NCBI GenBank assembly: GCA_963783305.1
Contig: CAWAMW010000017.1
Span: 32,001 to 96,000, forward strand
Direction of reading: 5' to 3'
Origin: an uncultured Gemmatimonadales bacterium
GTDB lineage: Bacteria > Gemmatimonadota > Gemmatimonadetes > Longimicrobiales > RSA9
Length of the DNA: 64,000 nucleotides
Part shown: one piece after another, positions 37,669 through 44,627 of the stretch
Numbering within the stretch: position 1 is the first letter of the stretch
Layout: each line of letters begins with the position of its first letter
Notes under the pieces: generated by a model
Told to the model about the DNA's origin: nothing
What the model saw: only the letters and a program-made list of their open reading frames with translations
Database searches by the model: none
Position numbers and translations under genes: made by a program

Positions 37669-37840
37669 TGACACGAAGGGCACGAAGGAGATGAAGCCCA
37701 CGAAGCCAGCGGGCTCCTCTTGTCCGGGGTCGAGAAGCGGCCGGATAAACCAGAGATCCGGGATCTTTGGCGGGCCCGGTCAGGCTGGGTCCGCCGGTGA
37801 GACGTTCGAGTCCCTTGTCCTCTTGGTGTTCTTCGTGTCA
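37669..37840. repeat. Inverted-repeat-bounded intergenic element made of 9-mer CACGAAGNN units
   Basis: TGACACGAAG (37669-37678) pairs with CTTCGTGTCA (37831-37840); the pairing extends imperfectly. Confidence 0.65.
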
Positions 37841-37876
37841 GGCTTGAAAAAAGGGTCGTGCTGCCGGCAAGCTACG

Positions 37877-39616
37877 CTACTCGCCGTCGCCCGCCGCCAC
37901 GCTCACCTCGGCCCGCATCCGCTCGACCACGTCGTGGGCCAGCGGAAACCACCGCATGCGCTCGAACTCGTCCTCGAGGGCCTCGTGACGCACGTCCATT
38001 TCCGGGACCTCCCGCTCGGCCCGGGCCCGGACCCGCTCCGCCTCCTCGAAGTAGCTCTCGAAGTCCTCCTCGCCCGCGTGGGTGTGCCGGGACTCGAAAT
38101 CGACCCCGCCGGGCTCGTAGCGGATGTCGTGGAGGCTCATGGGGGCGTGCGGCTTCCAGTCCCGGTGCCGCCAGTCCCCCGTGAGGCTATCGAAGTCGTA
38201 ATAGGGGAGCAGCTTCCAGCCGTGGGTCGCCACCCAGTCCACGGCCCGGAGCAGGAACTCGGCCTCCCGGTCCGAGATGAAGTAGTTGAAGCCGACCCGC
38301 GTCCAGCCGGGCTTCAGGGAGCGGCACCCCTCCTCGATCTTGCGGACGTGGTCCTGGAGCCGGTCGCCCTGGATGTTCAGCAGCCGGGCGCCGTACGGGC
38401 CCGCGCACGAGCAGCCGCCGCGTGCCTGGATCCCGAACAGGTCGTTGAGCAGCGCGGTCACCAGGTCGTGGTGGAGATAACGGGCTTCGCCGTATCGTAC
38501 GGTGAACGAGAGGATAGCCAGGCGATGGGCCTCGTGGGGACCCAGGACGTCCAGCGCCGGATTCTTCTCCCACTCCCGGATCGCGCGCCGCGTGAGCGCG
38601 TCCTCACGGGCGTGGATGACGTCGGTGCCCACCGCCTGCTTCAGGTGGAAAACCAGCCCCGCCCGGATCGACTCGATGATCGCGGGCGTGCCGCCCTCCT
38701 CCCGCACCTCGGGCTCCGCCATGTAGCGGTGGTAGGTCTCGGTGACGAACTCGACCGTGCCGCCGCCGGGCTGGCTCGGGACCCGGTTGTGGAAGAGCGC
38801 GCGCTTCGCCAGCAGGATCCCCGGCGTCCCGGGTCCCCCCACGAACTTGTGCGGGGAGAGGAAGATGGCGTCCTTGTAGTCCAGCGGGTCCTCGCCCGCT
38901 CCGTTCATGGCGATGTCCACGTACGGGCCGGCCGCGGCGAAGTCCCAGAAGGAGAGGGCCCCATGCTGGTGGAGGAGCCGTGTGATGGCGGTGGTGTCGG
39001 TTACCACGCCCGTCACGTTGGAGGCGGCGGAAAAGCTGCCAATCCGGAGCGGCCGATCGGCATAGTCCTCGAGCCGCTCCTCCAGCTCGCCCGCGTGGAT
39101 CCGGCCGCTGGCATCCTCGTGGATGACCACTACGTCGGCGATGGACTCCCGCCATGGGAGCTCGTTGCTGTGGTGCTCGTATGGACCGATGAACACCACC
39201 GGCCGCTCCAACTCCGGAATGGCCGAAAGCAGGTCATACCGGCCGGCCAGGTCACTCGGCAGGCACAGGTTCAGCACCTCGATGAGCGTGTTCACCGCCC
39301 CCGTCGCGCCCGACCCGCAGAAGATCAGCGCGTCCTCCGTCCCCGCCCCCGCCGCCTCCTTGATGATCCGCCGGGCCTCTTCCCGGAACCGCGTCGTCTG
39401 ACGGCCGGTGCCGGAGGTCTCCGTATGCGTGTTGGCGTAGAGCGGCAGGACCTCGCGGCGCACGAAGTCCTCGATGAACGAGAGCGATCGGCCGGACGCG
39501 GTGTAGTCGGCGTACGTGATCCTGCGGAGCCCGTACGGCGTGTCGATGGCCTCGTTGGCGCCGATGACCGAGGTCCGGATGAGCTCCAGCAGCGCCTGCG
39601 TGCGGTGGGTGTCCAT
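37877..39616 (-). CDS. Class V PLP-dependent enzyme (cysteine desulfurase-like)
   Basis: YADYTASGR, YANTHT, EHHSN, ASNVTG, SPHKFVGG, GGTP, RGGCSCAGPY. Confidence 0.9.
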   Translation of the reverse strand: MDTHRTQALLELIRTSVIGANEAIDTPYGLRRITYADYTASGRSLSFIEDFVRREVLPLYANTHTETSGTGRQTTRFREEARRIIKEAAGAGTEDALIFCGSGATGAVNTLIEVLNLCLPSDLAGRYDLLSAIPELERPVVFIGPYEHHSNELPWRESIADVVVIHEDASGRIHAGELEERLEDYADRPLRIGSFSAASNVTGVVTDTTAITRLLHQHGALSFWDFAAAGPYVDIAMNGAGEDPLDYKDAIFLSPHKFVGGPGTPGILLAKRALFHNRVPSQPGGGTVEFVTETYHRYMAEPEVREEGGTPAIIESIRAGLVFHLKQAVGTDVIHAREDALTRRAIREWEKNPALDVLGPHEAHRLAILSFTVRYGEARYLHHDLVTALLNDLFGIQARGGCSCAGPYGARLLNIQGDRLQDHVRKIEEGCRSLKPGWTRVGFNYFISDREAEFLLRAVDWVATHGWKLLPYYDFDSLTGDWRHRDWKPHAPMSLHDIRYEPGGVDFESRHTHAGEEDFESYFEEAERVRARAEREVPEMDVRHEALEDEFERMRWFPLAHDVVERMRAEVSVAAGDGE

Positions 39617-39665
39617 ACGCGGAATGGTAGCCGCCGGGAGCGACCACCTCAATGGCACCGCCGTC

Positions 39666-40523
39666 TCAGCGCGTGATGGGAGCGCCCAGCAGGATGGGCG
39701 AACCCGGCTCCAGCGACTCCAGCTCCACGCCGCGCTCGAAGAGGAGCACGACCGTGGAGCCCAGGTGGAACGTCATGAGCTCATCACCACGCTCCACAGG
39801 CAGCGCCGGCTGATACAGACGCGTCTCGGCCCGCGCTCCCCGACGGTTCGTCACCAGCGTCTGATCGAACGCCGCCGTGATGCGGCCCACGTTGAACGCC
39901 CCCACCGCAACGACCGCGACCGTCGCCATTCCCGCTACCGCGCCCGTCCCCGCAGCCACGTCCGGCTCTCCGTCCGGCGCCGCGCTCTCCAGGTACGTGA
40001 CGAGCCGCTCGTTCCGCGGGAACAGCCGGTCCACCAGCCGCACCGCCGGCGCGTTCACCGGCAGTAATCGCCCCGGAACGTGACGCGCGCGCGCCACGCG
40101 GCCGGACACCGGCCCATGGATGCGATGGTAATGCCTGGGTGAGAGATAGATCGTGAGGAAGGAGCCGTCGGTGAAGCGCTCGGACATGCGCGGGTCGTCC
40201 AGCAGCTCCGCCACGGTGTAGGTCCGCCCCTTCGCCTGGAGCGCACGGCCCTCCTCGATGCGGCCCGACTGCCCCACGATCCCGTCCACGGGCGAGGCGG
40301 CCACGCCGCTGGACGGCCAGCTTCGCGCTCCCTCTCTCAACCGGCGAGTGAAGAGATCCGAGGCGCTCCGGTACGCGCCAATGGGGTCGGCCGCCTCCGT
40401 CAGGTCCATCCGGAGCGACCACGCCAGCGCTCCCAGCAGGACCCGCCGCAACGGCCGCGGCACGGGTACCCGCATCGCCACCCCCGTGGCGCGGCTGACC
40501 AGCGCGGTGGCCCAGCGTAGAAT
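39666..40523 (-). CDS. psd: Phosphatidylserine decarboxylase (probable ATT start at 40523; first standard start is GTG 40481)
   Basis: FTRRL, SPVDG, QAKG, YLSPRHYHRIH, NER, VGAFNVG, FHLGSTV self-cleavage motif. Confidence 0.9.
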   Translation of the reverse strand: MLRWATALVSRATGVAMRVPVPRPLRRVLLGALAWSLRMDLTEAADPIGAYRSASDLFTRRLREGARSWPSSGVAASPVDGIVGQSGRIEEGRALQAKGRTYTVAELLDDPRMSERFTDGSFLTIYLSPRHYHRIHGPVSGRVARARHVPGRLLPVNAPAVRLVDRLFPRNERLVTYLESAAPDGEPDVAAGTGAVAGMATVAVVAVGAFNVGRITAAFDQTLVTNRRGARAETRLYQPALPVERGDELMTFHLGSTVVLLFERGVELESLEPGSPILLGAPITR

Positions 40524-40534
40524 GGCGTTCCTCC

Positions 40535-40969
40535 TCAGCCGGCGACCCCGTGGATGTAGTCCTTCAGATGACGGTTTTCCGACTCCACACTCTTTCGCAC
40601 CGCGTTCACCACGTCGCCGATGGAGAGGATCCCGTCCAGCCGCCCGTCGGTCACGATCGGCAGATGCCGGATCCGGTTCTGCGTCATGATGGCCATCACA
40701 TAATCGATCTCGTCATCCAGGACCCCGACGATCAGGTCGCTCGTCATGATCTCCTCGACACGCGCCCCCGCCACCGCCAATGCGTCCCGGGCCACCAGGT
40801 TGAGCAGGTCACGCTCGCTCACGATCCCGCGGATCTCTTCTCCGCTCCGGACGACCAGCGCGCCGATGCGATGCTCCGAGAGGATCTTCACGGCCGCCAC
40901 GACCGGCTGGTCGGGAGCGACACAGATGACGTCATTGCCCTTCGTACGAAGGATGTCGCGGATCTTCAT
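40535..40969 (-). CDS. CBS domain protein
   Basis: IGALVV, GIVSERD, IRHLPIV, GILSIGDVV. Confidence 0.92.
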   Translation of the reverse strand: MKIRDILRTKGNDVICVAPDQPVVAAVKILSEHRIGALVVRSGEEIRGIVSERDLLNLVARDALAVAGARVEEIMTSDLIVGVLDDEIDYVMAIMTQNRIRHLPIVTDGRLDGILSIGDVVNAVRKSVESENRHLKDYIHGVAG

Positions 40970-42530
40970 GAGGACCTCGGGGGCTCGGAGAACTGGAATC
41001 CGTCGTCGGAATGGGGATCAAATATGAAGATGCCGGGGCGCTGGGGCCAGTCAGGGGGACGGGGACGTCGGGCGCGGGGACGACGCGGTCGAGGACGCGG
41101 GCGGAGGAGAGGACGCCGGGGACGCCCGCGCCGGGGTGGGTGCCGGCCCCGACGAAGTAGAGTCCCTGGAGGTCGGGGGCCCGGTTGTGGTAGCGGAACC
41201 ATGCGGACTGGGTGAGGAGCGGCTCGGGTCCGAAGGCGGCGCCATCGACGGAGCGGAGCGTGTGCTCGAAGTCGTAGGGGGTCATGGCGGTGCGGGTGAC
41301 GATACTGTCGCGGAGCCCCGGCATGAGACGCGACTCCAGCTCCTCCAGGATGCGATCGAAGTAGGGCTCGGCCTGGCGGCCCCAGTCGATATCGGCGCGG
41401 GTATTCGGGACGGGCGACAGAACGTAGAACGCGTCCCGGCCGGGGGGCGCCATGCCGGGGTCGGTCCGGGTGGGGGCGTGGAGGTAGAGCGAGAAGTCGT
41501 CGGCCAGGACCTTGCGGCGGAAAATGTCCTGGAGCAGCTCGCGGTAGCGCCCTCCCAGCACGATGGTGTGGTGGACCAGGTCGTCGTACACGCGGTCCGT
41601 GCCGAAGTAGCCGACGAACAGGCTCATGGACTGACCCATGCGTCGGGCCCGCCGAGACCCGCGCGGCACGTCGGTGGCGGAGAGCAGGTTCTGGTAGACC
41701 CAGGTCGGGTCGGCGTTGCTCACCACCACGTCGGCGCGGCGGATCCGGCCCGACTGCGTCCGTACCCCCTCGGCGCGCCCCCCACGCACGATGATCTCCT
41801 CCACCGGCGCGCCGAAGGCCACCTCCACCCCGATCTCCTCCAGCAGCCGCACCAGCCCATTGATGATGGAGCCGGTGCCGCCCATGGCGAAGTGGACGCC
41901 CCACTTCCGCTCCAGCCAGTGGATGAGCAGATAGATCGATGTGGTGCTGAACGGGTTGCCGCCCACCAGGAGCGGCTCGAACGTGAGCGCCTGCCGGAGC
42001 CGCTCGTCGTCTATGTACTTCGCAACCAGCCCGCTCACCGACCGGTAGCTCTGCAGCCGGACCATCGCCGGGATCACCTTCGCCATCGTGGAGAAGCGGT
42101 GGAACGGCTGGTCCGCCAGTCGGGTGTAGCCCACATCGAAGATGCGCTCGGCGTGCGCCGCCAGCCTGCGGTAGTTATCCACGTCCGCGGGGTTCAGCGC
42201 CTCGATCTGAGCCAGCAGCCGCTCCTCGTCGCCCACGTAGTCGAAGTGCGTGCCATCCTGGTACTCGATCCGGTAGAACGGGTCTACGGGGACGAGCTCG
42301 AAGTAGTCCCGACTGTCCCGCCCCACCAGCTCGAACAGCTCGTGGAGCAGGTGCGGCGCCGTGATCACCGTGGGGCCCGCGTCGAACGTGAAGCCGTCGC
42401 GCTCGATCACCCGCGCCCGCCCGCCCGGGCGGTCCAGCGCCTCCAGCACCGTCACCTCGTAGCCGCGGGCACGGAGCCGAACGGCCGCCGCCAGACCGCC
42501 GAAGCCGCTCCCGATCACCACGGCCCTCAC
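40932..42530 (-). CDS. crtI: Phytoene desaturase
   Basis: VIGSGFGGL, FDAGPTVIT, LLVGGNPF, YFVGAGTHPGAGVPGV. True end may be 41051 (see findings). Confidence 0.95.
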   Translation of the reverse strand: MRAVVIGSGFGGLAAAVRLRARGYEVTVLEALDRPGGRARVIERDGFTFDAGPTVITAPHLLHELFELVGRDSRDYFELVPVDPFYRIEYQDGTHFDYVGDEERLLAQIEALNPADVDNYRRLAAHAERIFDVGYTRLADQPFHRFSTMAKVIPAMVRLQSYRSVSGLVAKYIDDERLRQALTFEPLLVGGNPFSTTSIYLLIHWLERKWGVHFAMGGTGSIINGLVRLLEEIGVEVAFGAPVEEIIVRGGRAEGVRTQSGRIRRADVVVSNADPTWVYQNLLSATDVPRGSRRARRMGQSMSLFVGYFGTDRVYDDLVHHTIVLGGRYRELLQDIFRRKVLADDFSLYLHAPTRTDPGMAPPGRDAFYVLSPVPNTRADIDWGRQAEPYFDRILEELESRLMPGLRDSIVTRTAMTPYDFEHTLRSVDGAAFGPEPLLTQSAWFRYHNRAPDLQGLYFVGAGTHPGAGVPGVLSSARVLDRVVPAPDVPVPLTGPSAPASSYLIPIPTTDSSSPSPRGPHEDPRHPSYEGQ

Positions 42531-43480
42531 GACTCGTCTCCCGCCATCACCACCGCCGACAGCACCTCACGCAACGCGTCCAGATCCTCCACGACCGTCA
42601 CTCCCTCCGGCGTCACCGACGACGAGCGCCGCCCGCCGGTCACCAGCAGTATCCCCTCCGGCAGCATGCTCCGGAGCGCCTCCAGCTCCTCACCCGCTCG
42701 CTCCACGTCACCCGCCTCCCCGTCCACCACGCTCACCGCCACCACCGTCGCTTCCGCACGCTCCGCCGCCCCAGCGATCTCCGACGCCGGCAGCGATGGC
42801 CCCAGGTACAAGACCCGCCACCCCGCGTCCGCCGCCACCACCGCGGCCAGCATCGCGCCGAACTCGTGCAGCTCTCCCGACGGCGTTCCCGCCACCAGCA
42901 GCGGCGCATCCGCCGGCGCTTCGTACCGGCTCAGCAGCCAGTCCAGCACCTGCCGCACCGCCGTCGAGACCACGTGCTCCTGCGCGGGGCGCAGCTGACC
43001 GGCCGCCCACAACTCCCCCACCCGCTCCAGCAACGGTGCCACCACCTCCGCCAGGAAGACCGGCGCGCTCAACCTCACCACCGCCCGCATCAGCGTAGCC
43101 CGCAGCGCCTGCGCGTCCAGCCGGTCCGCCGCCATCAGGCACTCCCGCAGATACAACTCGCGAGTCCCCGGCGCCCCCACCGTCGGCCCCACCCTGCGCG
43201 GCCCCGCCGCCTCCGCATCCTCACCCACCAGCGATACCAGCGCCTCCATCGGCAGCTCCGCCACGCTCCCGATCGAGCGACCTCCCTCCGTCGCTCGCCT
43301 CAGCAGGCGCAGACGCAGCACGTCCGCATCACTGTACAACCGCTGTCCACCTTCGGTCCGCCCCGGCTCCACCGCGCCGTACCGCCGCTCCCACGCCCGC
43401 AGCACGTGCGCCGTGAGACCCGTCCGCTGGACCACCACCCCCATCGGGTGCCGCGCCGCGCTCCCCCCATCCCCTGTCAT
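42527..43480 (-). CDS. carH: MerR-family adenosylcobalamin photoreceptor repressor (CarH/LitR)
   Basis: MerR HTH (LRAWERRYG...RLYS), W-x9-EH (WAAGQLRPAQEH), ExHxxG (ELHEFG), YLG. Confidence 0.9.
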   Translation of the reverse strand: MTGDGGSAARHPMGVVVQRTGLTAHVLRAWERRYGAVEPGRTEGGQRLYSDADVLRLRLLRRATEGGRSIGSVAELPMEALVSLVGEDAEAAGPRRVGPTVGAPGTRELYLRECLMAADRLDAQALRATLMRAVVRLSAPVFLAEVVAPLLERVGELWAAGQLRPAQEHVVSTAVRQVLDWLLSRYEAPADAPLLVAGTPSGELHEFGAMLAAVVAADAGWRVLYLGPSLPASEIAGAAERAEATVVAVSVVDGEAGDVERAGEELEALRSMLPEGILLVTGGRRSSSVTPEGVTVVEDLDALREVLSAVVMAGDES

Positions 43481-43610
43481 CCGTCTCCCCCTCCTCCCAC
43501 CCGCAGGTCGATGGACCACCTCTTGCGGCCCCCTCTGCATACCCCCCAGGCACTGTGAGCCTGCCCAACGTACCGCTGCGCACCCCCCACGTCAAGGTCC
43601 CGTCCATAGA

Positions 43611-43656
43611 ATCCTTGACAACATATAGACAGCAAAGCTATACATGGCTGAGACAC
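43611..43656. promoter_or_regulatory. Putative CarH operator overlapping a TTGACA -35
   Basis: TTGACA 43615, TAGACA 43626, TATACA 43639, GAGACA 43650: two pairs at 11-bp spacing in an AT-rich island. Confidence 0.65.
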
Positions 43657-43703
43657 GCAGGGATCGGGGACGGGCACCGCCGCACCATGACCACTGAGGA
43701 CTC

Positions 43704-44627
43704 ATGAGGATCGAGAGAGAACGCGAGAAGGCGCCGACGGGCGAATGGCTGGACCGGGCGCCGCTGCTGGTACTGGTGCTGTTCAGCGTGGTGGCGGTGG
43801 CGGGGTACGCGGTGTTCGGGCGGGACCCGACGCGGGTGGTGGGGCTGTCGCCGGGTGCGGCGCGGTTCTACGCGGTGTCGTTCGGGTTCTTTGCGCAGGC
43901 GCAGATTCTCCTGGCGGGGCTGGTTCTGGCGCTGCACCTGTGGCGGCGGGCGGGGTGGCGCTGGCTGCCGGCATTCGTGGCGGTATATGCCATCAGCCTG
44001 GGGAGCGAGCTGATGGGAACGGCGTTCGGGGTTCCATTCGGGCCGTACGCGTACACGTCGCTGCTGGGTGTGAAGTGGCTGGGGCTCGTGCCGCTGCTGA
44101 TCCCGTTGAGCTGGTTCTTCATGGCGGTGCCTGCGTACGGTCTGGCGATGCGGCTGTGGGAGCGCGGCCGGGGCTCCGGCCGTGGTTCCACAGGCGGGCG
44201 GTCGCCGGCGGGCTGGGCGGCTGCGCGGATCTTCATTGGATCGCTGCTGCTGCTCGCGTGGGACCTGACGCTGGACCCGGCGATGAGCGAAGTGACCCGG
44301 TACTGGGTGTGGGGTGAGCCGGGGCCCTATTACGGAATGCCGCTCATGAACCTGGTGGGGTGGTACGTGACCGGCCTGGCGTTGATGGTGGCGCTGGAGA
44401 AGCTCGGGGCGCGGGAGTGGCTGCGAGAGGTATCGGCGGGATGGCAGACGGCCTTTTACGGCGCGAACGTGATCCTGCCGCTGGGGATGTCCGTGGCCGC
44501 CGGTCTCTGGGGCGCGGCCGTGGCGATGGCGTTTGTGCTGGGTGGTGTGGTGGTGGTGGCCTCGCTGCGGTCGCGTTTCCAGCCGGTGCCCGGGAGGACC
44601 GCGGGTGGCGCGGAGATGACGCTGTGA
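43704..44627 (+). CDS. cruF: Carotenoid 1,2-hydratase (CruF family)
   Basis: Multi-TM; SELMG...PFGPYAY..LG, VPLLIPLSWF, WDLTLDP, YYGMPLMNLVGW. Confidence 0.85.
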   Translation: MRIEREREKAPTGEWLDRAPLLVLVLFSVVAVAGYAVFGRDPTRVVGLSPGAARFYAVSFGFFAQAQILLAGLVLALHLWRRAGWRWLPAFVAVYAISLGSELMGTAFGVPFGPYAYTSLLGVKWLGLVPLLIPLSWFFMAVPAYGLAMRLWERGRGSGRGSTGGRSPAGWAAARIFIGSLLLLAWDLTLDPAMSEVTRYWVWGEPGPYYGMPLMNLVGWYVTGLALMVALEKLGAREWLREVSAGWQTAFYGANVILPLGMSVAAGLWGAAVAMAFVLGGVVVVASLRSRFQPVPGRTAGGAEMTL

